DNA from: Alistipes sp. | GTDB taxonomy: Bacteria; Bacteroidota; Bacteroidia; Bacteroidales; Rikenellaceae | NCBI GenBank assembly: GCA_017408825.1 | Contig: JAFQTX010000027.1 | Coordinates: 39,406-103,405, forward strand | DNA length: 64,000 bases | Direction of reading: 5' to 3' | Notes under the pieces: generated by a model | The model's database searches: none | Told to the model about the DNA's origin: nothing | Seen by the model: only the letters and a program-made list of their open reading frames with translations | In this document: positions 1 through 9,289 of the stretch, piece after piece | Layout: every line of letters begins with the position of its first letter | Numbering within the stretch: the stretch's first letter is position 1 | Program-made: the position numbers and the translations under genes

Positions 1-2079
1 CTCAAAGGGTTGTACGTGGAGCTCAACTTCTCGTCGTTCTTGCGTGATCTGGAGAATGTAGCACCCGAAGAGCCTAAGACGGATGGCCCTCATCAAGAGC
101 CGCAGATACAGCTTCAGGAGGTAGCACGTGCCAAGGCTGAGGCTAAGCGTCGTGCTAAGCTCGAGGGACAGGGAGACCTTTTCGCCATGTTCGGGGCTCC
201 AGCGCCTGCGGTTGAAGAGCAGACCCCAAAGGGTGATGAGCAGATGATTGAGGAGGAGGTGGTTGATGGCCCTCGCAACATATCAAATACCGAACACGAC
301 TACCGCATAATTCACAATGCCGAGGAGCTCAAAGAGCTATGCGACGAGCTGCAAAAGTACTCGGAGATATGTTTCGACACTGAGACTACGGGGCTAAGTC
401 CTGTGTCGAGCACAATCGTGGGTATGTCGTTTGCCGTAGAGCCTCACAAGGCGTGGTACATCCCATTTAGCAAGGCGACAACAGAGCGCTATGTCGAGAT
501 TTTGCGTCCACTTCTGGAGAATAAATTTGTCGCAAAGATTGGCCAAAATATCAAGTTCGACATTATGGTGCTTCGCCGCTTGGGTATCGAGGTGCAAGGT
601 CGCAAGATTGACACTATGCTGCTTCACTATCTTATAGATGCTGAGTCACGCCATAATATGAACTTCTTGGCCGAGCGCTACCTAAACTATACGCCCATAG
701 CCATAGAGACACTCATAGGCAAGGGCGCTAAGCAGCTAACGATGGATCTTGTTGGCATTGAGCGTATTGCGGAGTATGCTGCCGAGGATGCAGACATCAC
801 GCTACAACTCAAAGAGGTGCTCGTGAAGGAGGTCGAGGAGCTTGGTATGATGGAGCTCTACGAGCGTATCGAGGCACCGATGATAGATGTGCTTGCAGAT
901 ATTGAGATGGCGGGTGTTCGCATAGATTGCACGGCGCTAAATGCCTATGCCGAGGAGCTACGTAAGTTGCTCGCCAAACTTGAGCAGGAGGTACGCACAA
1001 TGGCCGACGAGCCAGAGTTAAACATCAACTCATCGCGTCAGCTTGGCGAGGTGCTCTTTGCCAAGTTGCGTATTGCAGCAAAGCCTAAGATGACCAAGAC
1101 CAAACAGTTTTCGACCGAAGAGGAGTACTTGCAGGGCTTTGCGCACGACTTCCCAATCGTGAGCAAGATACTCGAGTATCGTGGTGTCAAGAAGCTACTA
1201 TCGACATATGTCGAGGCGTTGCCAGAGTTGGTAAACACCGAGACAGGGCGTATACATACATCATATAACCAGGCTGTTACGGCCACAGGACGACTATCAT
1301 CAACAAACCCTAACTTGCAGAATATCCCCATTCGTGACGAGTTGGGCAAGCCTATTCGTGCCGCCTTTATCGCTGCGGACGAGCGACACCGTATTGTTGC
1401 TGCCGACTACTCACAGATCGAGTTGCGACTAATGGCGCATCTGAGTGGTGATAAGTCGCTTATCGAGGCCTTCCGCTCAAATCAGGATGTGCATACCTCG
1501 ACAGCTGCACGCCTATATCATAAGTCGGCCGAGGAGGTGACATCGTCGGAGCGCCGCAGCGCTAAGACCGCTAACTTCGGCATTATCTACGGCATCTCGG
1601 CATTTGGCCTTGCACAGCGTCTGGATATCCCTAATCGTGAGGCAAAGGAGCTTATCGAGAGCTACTTTGCGAGCTATCCCGAGGTTAAGCACTATATGGA
1701 CGATGCTGTGGCACGTGCCGCCGTTGATGGATATGTCGAGACGATGTTTGGTCGTAGACGCATACTGCGAGATATTACATCGTCGAACCGTACGGTGCGA
1801 GGCTTGGCAGAGCGTAACGCCATAAATGCACCTATTCAGGGCTCTGCGGCCGATATTATGAAGCTGGCAATGATCGAGATAAGCCGCCGCTTCAAGCAGG
1901 AGAACATACGCTCAAGGATGATTATGCAGGTGCACGATGAGGTTGTTGTGGATACTCTCGTTGAGGAACTTGACAAGGTTAAACGAATACTCAAAGAGGC
2001 TATGGAGAGCGTTGTGCAACTGAGCATACCGCTTATCGTTGAGGTGAACGATGGCGCAACGTGGCTTGAGGCCCACTAA
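1..2079 (+). CDS. polA: DNA polymerase I, 5'-truncated by the window edge (3'-5' exonuclease and polymerase domains)
   Basis: Exo I motif CFDTETTGL; ATGRLSSTNPNLQNIP; motif A ADYSQIELR; motif B RRSAKTANFGIIYG; motif C QVHDE. The frame is open from position 1. Confidence 0.97.
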   Translation, partial: LKGLYVELNFSSFLRDLENVAPEEPKTDGPHQEPQIQLQEVARAKAEAKRRAKLEGQGDLFAMFGAPAPAVEEQTPKGDEQMIEEEVVDGPRNISNTEHDYRIIHNAEELKELCDELQKYSEICFDTETTGLSPVSSTIVGMSFAVEPHKAWYIPFSKATTERYVEILRPLLENKFVAKIGQNIKFDIMVLRRLGIEVQGRKIDTMLLHYLIDAESRHNMNFLAERYLNYTPIAIETLIGKGAKQLTMDLVGIERIAEYAAEDADITLQLKEVLVKEVEELGMMELYERIEAPMIDVLADIEMAGVRIDCTALNAYAEELRKLLAKLEQEVRTMADEPELNINSSRQLGEVLFAKLRIAAKPKMTKTKQFSTEEEYLQGFAHDFPIVSKILEYRGVKKLLSTYVEALPELVNTETGRIHTSYNQAVTATGRLSSTNPNLQNIPIRDELGKPIRAAFIAADERHRIVAADYSQIELRLMAHLSGDKSLIEAFRSNQDVHTSTAARLYHKSAEEVTSSERRSAKTANFGIIYGISAFGLAQRLDIPNREAKELIESYFASYPEVKHYMDDAVARAAVDGYVETMFGRRRILRDITSSNRTVRGLAERNAINAPIQGSAADIMKLAMIEISRRFKQENIRSRMIMQVHDEVVVDTLVEELDKVKRILKEAMESVVQLSIPLIVEVNDGATWLEAH

Positions 2080-2090
2080 TACTCTGTATT

Positions 2091-4589
2091 ATGAGGTTAA
2101 GAGATCTATTTTTTTGCAGTGCGATATGCCTGATGCTTGCGGCATGCTCGAAATCGGATGTTGATGGTGGGGTTATGCCGCCTAATGGATATATGCAAAT
2201 CGCTATCTCAACAGCGATAGAGGGTTCGAGTGCTAAGCAAAAGTTCGATGCGGGCGACTGCATAGGTCTTTATGCGGTAAACTACAACGGTGATGTGACA
2301 GAGGGCATCTCTTCGAAAGGTAATCAGGCCGATAACGTGAAGTATAGCCACGCTGGAGGAAAGTGGGCATCGACCTCGCCAGCATACTATCGTGATGAGA
2401 ATACTCCAGTAAAGCTAATCGCCTATTACCCTTATATGGAGAGTATTGGCAGTATCACATCGCAGAAATTCTCCTTGACAGACAAAGAGTCGCAAGCACT
2501 CTATATTATGTGGGGCGAGAGGGATAAGGTCTCTCCCGCGAAATCACCTGTGGAGATAAGGATGAAGCCGTTGATGGCCTATATTGAGCTCACTATTAAG
2601 CGGGGCGCAGGGTGGAGTGATAACGAGTGGAAGAGCGCTGAAAAGAGCGTTAAGCTATGTAACACGCTGATAGATGCAGAGTTCAACGTAGCTATGGGTA
2701 AGGTGAAGGCTACGGGAGAGCCTAAGGAGGTAGATATTTCAGCTTCGGGTGATTGTTTTACGTCGGTAGCCATACCGCAGAGCGTTAGCGCCTCAACACG
2801 CCTATTTACCGTAGCGATTGATGGCGAGGAGTACCACTATAATCTCTCGGAAAAACTCGATATCACTGCGGGCCTAAAGCATAGCTTTGTGCTAACCATA
2901 CCCAAGCGTGGCGAATCACCCGATAGTAATAAGCTCTCAGGAACAGTTATCGGCACACGCTACTCGGTGGACTATAGTAATGGTCAGGCGAGCGAGACGG
3001 TGAACGTAAAGAGCAATGTCTTTGATGGCAACTACGACACCTTCTTTGCATCGTACGACCGCTCGAATACCTGGGTGGGATACGACCTTGGCCAGCCACA
3101 CGTAATAACCCGCATCGGCTATTCGCCACGCATAACACAGCCCTCACGTGTGGTGACAGCACTCATCGAAGGGGCTAACAATGCAGACTTTAGCGATGCG
3201 CTACCAATATACATTATCAAGGAGTCTGCACCAGAGCGTGTGATGACATATGCCGATGTGGAGTGCTCGCGTGGCTTTAGGTATGTACGCTATGTGACAC
3301 CCAACGACAAGCGTTGTAATCTTGCCGAGCTGGAGTTCTACGGCTATAAGGGTGCGGGAGACGACTCACATCTGTATCAGCTTACTAACCTCCCCACGGT
3401 AGTCATAAATACGGCTAATGCACAGCATATTACATCTAAGGAGGTGGAGATAACAAGTACCGTGCATATCATCTCGCAGGGAGGCACTAACCTCTTGACC
3501 GATACCCAGACTGGTGTGCGTGGTAGGGGTAATGCCAGCTGGGACTTTGAGAAGAAACCCTATCGCCTGAAGTTTAGCGAGAAACGTAGCCCACTGGGTG
3601 CTCCGGCTGAGGCCAAGAAGTGGACACTGCTTAGTAATCACGGCGATAAGACGCTGATGCGTAATATATTAGCATTTGAAGTGAGTCACCGTCTTGGGTT
3701 GGCCTATACCCCATTTTGTAAGCCTGTGGATGTGATTATCAATGGTGAGTATAAGGGGTGTTATCAGCTATGCGACCAGATAGATGTGCGCAAAAATCGT
3801 GTCGATGTCACCGAGATGAAGACTTCAGATAATGCGGGGACAAATCTTACGGGAGGATACCTCGTAGAGATTGATGCATATGCTTCGACGACCGAGAAGG
3901 TCTACTTCTACTCGAAGAGGGGTACGCCCGTAACAATCAAGTCGCCCGACGATGAGCTTATTACTGCTGAGCAGCGCAAATATATTGAGGATCACTTCAA
4001 TACGATGGAGGCTTCGGTATTTGCGGGTAACTATACCGACACCAATAATGGCTACCGTAAGTATCTCGATCTGGATAGCTTCCTACGCCACTTCCTTGTT
4101 GGTGAGTACACGGGAAATACCGATACCTACTGGAGCGTATATATGTATAAGGAGCGTGGCGATGATCGTTTCTATGTAGGGCCTATATGGGACTATGACC
4201 TTGCCTTTGAGAACGACTATCGCACCTATCCGATAAACAGTGCCAACGACTTTGTTTACTCGGAGAAGAGCTCGGGGGCAAGCGACGCTCTAAAGCAGAT
4301 GGTCCACCGCATCGTCAAGTATGATCCTATGGCACATGCCGAGCTGCAAAGTCTATGGAGCTGGGCAAAGCAAAATGGCCTTGATGCGAACTCAATGTTG
4401 AAGTATATAGATGAAACTGCCGAGCTACTTGAGGAGTCGCAGCAGCTTAACTTCAAGCGCTGGCCAATACTCAACCAGTGGGTGCATATGAACTTTCAGG
4501 CCCTCGGATCGTACGAAGCGGAGGTGGGGACTGTGCGCAACTACATCCAACAACGAGTAACGAAACTTGACGAACTTATTAATAGATAG
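2091..4589 (+). CDS. Lipoprotein with fimbrillin-like N-terminal domain, F5/8-type C (discoidin)-like domain and C-terminal CotH kinase domain
   Basis: Lipobox LAAC; FDAGDCIGLYAV..AYYPY fimbrillin-type segment; FDGNYDT..WVGYDLG..RYVRY..LAELEFYG discoidin pattern; CotH motifs RGRGNASW, KKPYRLK, GNTD, GPIWDYDLAF. Confidence 0.85.
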   Translation: MRLRDLFFCSAICLMLAACSKSDVDGGVMPPNGYMQIAISTAIEGSSAKQKFDAGDCIGLYAVNYNGDVTEGISSKGNQADNVKYSHAGGKWASTSPAYYRDENTPVKLIAYYPYMESIGSITSQKFSLTDKESQALYIMWGERDKVSPAKSPVEIRMKPLMAYIELTIKRGAGWSDNEWKSAEKSVKLCNTLIDAEFNVAMGKVKATGEPKEVDISASGDCFTSVAIPQSVSASTRLFTVAIDGEEYHYNLSEKLDITAGLKHSFVLTIPKRGESPDSNKLSGTVIGTRYSVDYSNGQASETVNVKSNVFDGNYDTFFASYDRSNTWVGYDLGQPHVITRIGYSPRITQPSRVVTALIEGANNADFSDALPIYIIKESAPERVMTYADVECSRGFRYVRYVTPNDKRCNLAELEFYGYKGAGDDSHLYQLTNLPTVVINTANAQHITSKEVEITSTVHIISQGGTNLLTDTQTGVRGRGNASWDFEKKPYRLKFSEKRSPLGAPAEAKKWTLLSNHGDKTLMRNILAFEVSHRLGLAYTPFCKPVDVIINGEYKGCYQLCDQIDVRKNRVDVTEMKTSDNAGTNLTGGYLVEIDAYASTTEKVYFYSKRGTPVTIKSPDDELITAEQRKYIEDHFNTMEASVFAGNYTDTNNGYRKYLDLDSFLRHFLVGEYTGNTDTYWSVYMYKERGDDRFYVGPIWDYDLAFENDYRTYPINSANDFVYSEKSSGASDALKQMVHRIVKYDPMAHAELQSLWSWAKQNGLDANSMLKYIDETAELLEESQQLNFKRWPILNQWVHMNFQALGSYEAEVGTVRNYIQQRVTKLDELINR

Positions 4590-4600
4590 GTATAAAATAA

Positions 4601-4720
4601 GAGGCTGAATAAAAAGTCTATTTTGTCGTTATGCTCGCCCTTAAAATGCTCATTTACGCTTAGTAAACTCCGCTTTTTCGGGCTTCGCAGGCCTAAAACT
4701 ACATCTTTTTATTCAACCTC
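4601..4720. mobile_element. 120 bp MITE-like element with 16 bp terminal inverted repeats
   Basis: Left end GAGGCTGAATAAAAAG vs right end reverse complement GAGGTTGAATAAAAAG (1 mismatch); ATAA on both flanks; internal hairpin CTCATTTAC-GCTTA-GTAAACTCCG. Confidence 0.65.
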
Positions 4721-4730
4721 ATAACAAACG

Positions 4731-4759
4731 GAGGTGACTAAACGTTAATTAGTCACCTC
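4731..4759. terminator. Hairpin between convergent genes, likely intrinsic terminator
   Basis: Perfect 11 bp stem GAGGTGACTAA/TTAGTCACCTC. Confidence 0.65.
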
Positions 4760-4786
4760 TATGGTTTTATTGTGATTTAGAGTGTA

Positions 4787-6028
4787 TTACTGCTGGCTGA
4801 TGATCCTTAGCAGCCTTGCCTTAGCCTTATCGTAAGTGTAGTCGCCATTAGTAACATATTTATCGAACCACACAGCATTCTCGGTGACAAATTTACGAGC
4901 CTCAGCAGCCCGATTATTCTTGCATAGGTGCATAATCACATCGACCATATACTGATAGTAGCAGTCGGCATTCATATAACTATCGCGCTCGTCATAATTG
5001 AGAGGATGGTACTCCCAGGCCTGATTGAACATCTCCTTGGCGATAAGCTTTTCGTAGATTAGCTTTGTGGCACGAGGCTCGTAGTTCCGGTGTGTCAGAT
5101 GGTCATAACCAAGTTCATCCATCTTGCAGTGCCCAGGAGTGATATTCTCGTAGACGTGGATTGCCTTCTCAACATCGTCGTTGGCGACATACTTCTCGAT
5201 AAGCTGACCTGCTAATCGGTATTTGTAGACATCTGAGGTCTGCAACATATGTGCAGCCTCGTCCAGCTGGTTGTTGTTGATCATTTGCTGAATCTTACTC
5301 TCAACACCCTTAACATCGGAGTCTGAGGCCGCCTGTATGGCCGAGAAGATGCAGCTCGCAATCACAAATAGGAGAATAAGTGTTGCCACCCAGTGCTCCT
5401 TGGCCCACTTTACGGCACGAAGCATTGTGCTCTGCGATTTTAGAGCTTTGACACGTTGCTCGATTTGTGGCAGGTCGGCGATGAAGGGGGCTAACTGTTT
5501 GTCGCCAGCAAAGGCCACCTTAGACTTCTCGATACACTCCTGATACTTCTTTAGGTAGGCATCTGTCATCTGGTTATACTCGCCCATAATACGTGGCTTG
5601 AGCGATGTGAGCAGCTCGATGAGGTCCGCCTTGGTAATAGGAATGGGGAATGTCTCGATAATCTCTATCTTCCTCCTTATGTCACTCTCGCAAAGTAGCT
5701 TGTCGGCAAGTTGTGTGGCGGTAGAGTTGGCCTTGATATTCTCAAACTCGTGTCCACACTCGTCACAGCGACCTTGATAGCTCGCCACGATAGCTCCACA
5801 CGCAGGGCACTTCTTTATATCTCCATACTTGTTCGATTGTGATGGCTGTGGAGTGTCGTTGCGCTTCAACTTCATTTCGTAGATCTTGGCGTTGAGTATC
5901 ATCTCAAACTCTGCAAGGTCGATACCCTCCTCCATAGCTCGCTTCAGGAGCACCTGCTTTTCTGCCTCAGTGATCTCTCCGTCGATCAATGCCATATCTA
6001 TGAGGGCGTTAATTCGGTCACTATACAT
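4787..6028 (-). CDS. Membrane protein with TerB-like N-terminus, zinc ribbon, one TM helix and helical C-terminal domain
   Basis: LIDMALIDGEITEAEKQVL (TerB-like); CPACG..CDECG; hydrophobic stretch WVATLILLFVIASCIF; own TACTTTTG promoter at 6065-6072 (minus strand). Confidence 0.6.
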   Translation of the reverse strand: MYSDRINALIDMALIDGEITEAEKQVLLKRAMEEGIDLAEFEMILNAKIYEMKLKRNDTPQPSQSNKYGDIKKCPACGAIVASYQGRCDECGHEFENIKANSTATQLADKLLCESDIRRKIEIIETFPIPITKADLIELLTSLKPRIMGEYNQMTDAYLKKYQECIEKSKVAFAGDKQLAPFIADLPQIEQRVKALKSQSTMLRAVKWAKEHWVATLILLFVIASCIFSAIQAASDSDVKGVESKIQQMINNNQLDEAAHMLQTSDVYKYRLAGQLIEKYVANDDVEKAIHVYENITPGHCKMDELGYDHLTHRNYEPRATKLIYEKLIAKEMFNQAWEYHPLNYDERDSYMNADCYYQYMVDVIMHLCKNNRAAEARKFVTENAVWFDKYVTNGDYTYDKAKARLLRIISQQ

Positions 6029-6137
6029 CGTTGCTTAGCTTAAGTTTTGGTGTAAAACGTAGAACAAAAGTAGTAAAAATGGTCTAACAATCAAAGTCTC
6101 GGTGCCAATATTTTGTCGCTACACATAGACTTAATAT

Positions 6138-6176
6138 AATAGATCCGTTGCAGTTTGTAGCCACAACGGATCTATT
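6138..6176 (-). terminator. Terminator hairpin at the end of the pilus operon
   Basis: 13 bp stem AATAGATCCGTTG/CAACGGATCTATT just after the stop codon at 6195. Confidence 0.65.
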
Positions 6177-6194
6177 CTTGGGATAGATAGCCTA

Positions 6195-9100
6195 TTAGCG
6201 GAGTACGATAGCGTTACCCTTGGCCACTACATCATCGTACAGAGCCTTGAGGCTTGAGTACCTGGCCTCGTAGACCTCACCATCCTTGATGTAGTTGAGC
6301 AGTATGGCATCATCCTCCCACGTGAATGAGTACTCGGCACGAAGGTTGAGGGCAAACGCTCCATCCGCAGTGATGTTCATCGAGCCGATACGTACGCCCG
6401 TGCGCTCTACGGCAAAGCTTACAAACTCGCTTTGGGATACGTCGAGCTGTACACCGTCTACCTCATACTTAATATTACCCTCGATAAGCGTATTGCTAAT
6501 CTTGAAGCGCTTCTCGAAGAACTCGCACACCTCAGTCTCGGAGCTAATAACAATCTCGCCCGCCGTTGTAACACCAGTGGTCACGAATGGGAGGGTCTTA
6601 CGCTCACCCGCCTGCGACGTTGCAGCAGGGTCTGTAATGAGAACACTCTGACCATTGCCCGTAGCACGCTCAGCCTCACGTGATGCATCTACGGTGTAGA
6701 CAAAGCGGCCAGGAATTGTAGCGTGTGGCTTGAGCTTGGCTGCCATCTCAGCGCTTAGGCGGCGCTCGTCGAGTGTGAGCATAGGTGCGTCGATATAGAT
6801 CTCGAACGAGGTGCCAAATGGGTCTGCCGAGCGGCCATCTGTACCCTGGAAGCTGGTAATCTCAAGGTTGATGTCTACCTGCTGGTTAGGCAAGTATGAC
6901 CACTCGAGATTGTCCACTGGGTCAGCATCGGTAGCAACGCCCCACGTACCTACTGGTGTGCCACTGCCGATAGCCACCTGCGCAGCAAAGCGGAATGGGT
7001 GGTAGGTCGAGAGCTCATAGATAAACGAACGGTAGGTGTTACCTGCGTAGTGCTCGTTGCTCTTACCAGGAAGTGCAGAGTAGCTCTCTGGCTGGTTAGA
7101 GGCAATACGTATCATATCGTCGCTACGTGACGAGTTGGTCTTCAAGAAGATAGAGTAGTTGCCCGTCTCCGCACCACTCTTATCAAACTTCGTAGGCTTG
7201 AACATAAGCATACGGCCGTTGGTGCTCTGCTGCCAGTAGCTGTCGTCTACGGTATAGAAGCGGCAGTCCCACTCCCAGTTATCGGGCAGACCAAACATAT
7301 CACGATCGGCCTGGTTGTAGAGCGAGTCGAGGGTACGTGTGTAGATAAAGAACTCGTCATTCTGGCCTGCATTGATGGGCTGAGGCGTAGTGCCCGAAAC
7401 GTCGTTGAGCAATACGTCAATACGTACTGGCGCATTTATCTTGCGAGGCACAAGACGATAGTAGATCACCTCATCGCTCACGCCTGAGACGCTATATGTC
7501 TCGAGATCCTTCACGCTGATAGCATTCTGGTGCGAAGCATACTGGAACTCCTTGTTTACGGTCTCGAAGAACTCAGCCTCAAGCATAATGTGATCCTTGC
7601 CGCCCTCCTCGTGAGTGAGGATGCTGTGCATATATAGACGCTGTGTGCCTGGCTCGGTAACGGTGTAAACATACTTGTAGCCAAGCTCATTATCAACGCC
7701 ATACCACCCCTCGTTGCCCTTATGTACCACAGGCAATGTGCGACCAGTAGTCTCAGTGCGCACGTCGAGTGAGTTTACCGATACGTAGACGTTGAAGGGG
7801 AAGAATGGGAAGTCCTCAGGAACGTTGAACTTGAAGGTTGCAAGCTCACCAATCTCACCTCCGTAGATCTGTGTGGCGGCCCATACAGGCGTAAACTTCT
7901 GGGTCTTGATAAGCACAATATTGATTGTACGATGCAAGCGCCCCTTTTTGACGATGAGCTTACCCTCGAGCATAGCGCTATCGCCCATCTCGTGAAGCTG
8001 TATGGTGATTGTGCCACGTCCCTCGTTGCCATTAGGGGTGAATGTGTGGTTGAAGTTGTGTGACGCCACATGGTTGCCATCAACCCACGATACCTCAGCA
8101 ATGTCGGCAGAGGTGAGTGTCGAGCTTCCAGTGATGGTGTAGCCAAGCTCAAGAGTCTGGCCCGCTCTATCCTCGCCAAGAACAACATTTGTCTGGTCTA
8201 CGGCCAACGATACTCCCTGGTACGATACCTCGTTTACCCAGTCATCAACAGCAACCCAGATGTTGTTGGTAGCGGGGGCTAAGAGAGCCTCCTCAAATGT
8301 GCGGCTACCATAGGTTAGCGTACCCGTGATGTTGAGTTTGTAGTGGTGGTTACGGCGAACCATAAGCTGCTCTCCCATCTCGTCGATAATCATCACACGG
8401 TAGTATAGCTCCTCGCTACCTCCCGTAGGGCGACCCTTGAGGATAATACTAATGGGGTCCTGCAACGTGTTCTCGTGCTCGAAGATATACTGCTCGGGCT
8501 TAGTCGTTACGTCGGTGATATCCGACATCTTAATTCGGTTTTCTGGCAGCGTCACGAAGTCCTCACCAGGCCATACAAAGGCTGTACCCTCGGTTGGGAA
8601 GCGCTTGTCGGGGTGGTAGGGCGCTGTTGTGCCATAAGCGTGGATGTTGGTAACGGTCCAGCCACTGATGGTGATAAACTCATTCGTAGGGTTCTCGACG
8701 GTAATCTTAGCCTGGTTGCGGATAAGCCTGATGCCCTCACCACCATTTACGGTTGCAAGCTGCTGCTGGTGGCTTCCCTCGTTAGAGAAAATAAATCTGC
8801 TCCAGTAGATAATCATTCCCGAAGCACCAACCATATCGTCCTGAATCTCATCCTCCGTACGATTTACAAACATCTCAGGCTCGTAGAGGTTAGGGTTCTG
8901 GTTGCCTACGAAGTGGATGATACGTGTATCCTCCGGAATGGTAGCCTCGTATGTTCCCGACAGCGATGGGGTCTCAATGGCGGGGTTGAGCGTTGCCTCC
9001 ACGTGGGTGATATATAGGCCATAGTCGTTGAAGCAGAAGAGCGTGAGGTTCTGAATGTCGATACCATCGGGATCAACGCCACGTACCGCCACCTCTGTCA

Positions 9101-9248
9101 TTACGGGAGCATTAGCCGTAAACTCTACCTTAACCCAGCCCTCGGGTGTAGCATCCTGCTCGGGAGCAATGATCTCTACATCGTGCTGGCAAGCCATCAT
9201 AACTACTGATATCAAGGCTGCGAATATATATGAAACTCTCTTTGTCAT
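6195..9248 (-). CDS. Large type V pilus accessory/tip lipoprotein
   Basis: Lipobox MMAC; Arg processing-like site VAVR/G; pilin-fold motifs LTLFCFN, IHFVGN, LIRNQAKITV, VRRNHHYKLNI; last gene of the pilus operon. Confidence 0.75.
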   Translation of the reverse strand: MTKRVSYIFAALISVVMMACQHDVEIIAPEQDATPEGWVKVEFTANAPVMTEVAVRGVDPDGIDIQNLTLFCFNDYGLYITHVEATLNPAIETPSLSGTYEATIPEDTRIIHFVGNQNPNLYEPEMFVNRTEDEIQDDMVGASGMIIYWSRFIFSNEGSHQQQLATVNGGEGIRLIRNQAKITVENPTNEFITISGWTVTNIHAYGTTAPYHPDKRFPTEGTAFVWPGEDFVTLPENRIKMSDITDVTTKPEQYIFEHENTLQDPISIILKGRPTGGSEELYYRVMIIDEMGEQLMVRRNHHYKLNITGTLTYGSRTFEEALLAPATNNIWVAVDDWVNEVSYQGVSLAVDQTNVVLGEDRAGQTLELGYTITGSSTLTSADIAEVSWVDGNHVASHNFNHTFTPNGNEGRGTITIQLHEMGDSAMLEGKLIVKKGRLHRTINIVLIKTQKFTPVWAATQIYGGEIGELATFKFNVPEDFPFFPFNVYVSVNSLDVRTETTGRTLPVVHKGNEGWYGVDNELGYKYVYTVTEPGTQRLYMHSILTHEEGGKDHIMLEAEFFETVNKEFQYASHQNAISVKDLETYSVSGVSDEVIYYRLVPRKINAPVRIDVLLNDVSGTTPQPINAGQNDEFFIYTRTLDSLYNQADRDMFGLPDNWEWDCRFYTVDDSYWQQSTNGRMLMFKPTKFDKSGAETGNYSIFLKTNSSRSDDMIRIASNQPESYSALPGKSNEHYAGNTYRSFIYELSTYHPFRFAAQVAIGSGTPVGTWGVATDADPVDNLEWSYLPNQQVDINLEITSFQGTDGRSADPFGTSFEIYIDAPMLTLDERRLSAEMAAKLKPHATIPGRFVYTVDASREAERATGNGQSVLITDPAATSQAGERKTLPFVTTGVTTAGEIVISSETEVCEFFEKRFKISNTLIEGNIKYEVDGVQLDVSQSEFVSFAVERTGVRIGSMNITADGAFALNLRAEYSFTWEDDAILLNYIKDGEVYEARYSSLKALYDDVVAKGNAIVLR

Positions 9249-9289
9249 AGTCTTATTCCAATTTCAGTAAATTGCTGATTACTCTCTTG

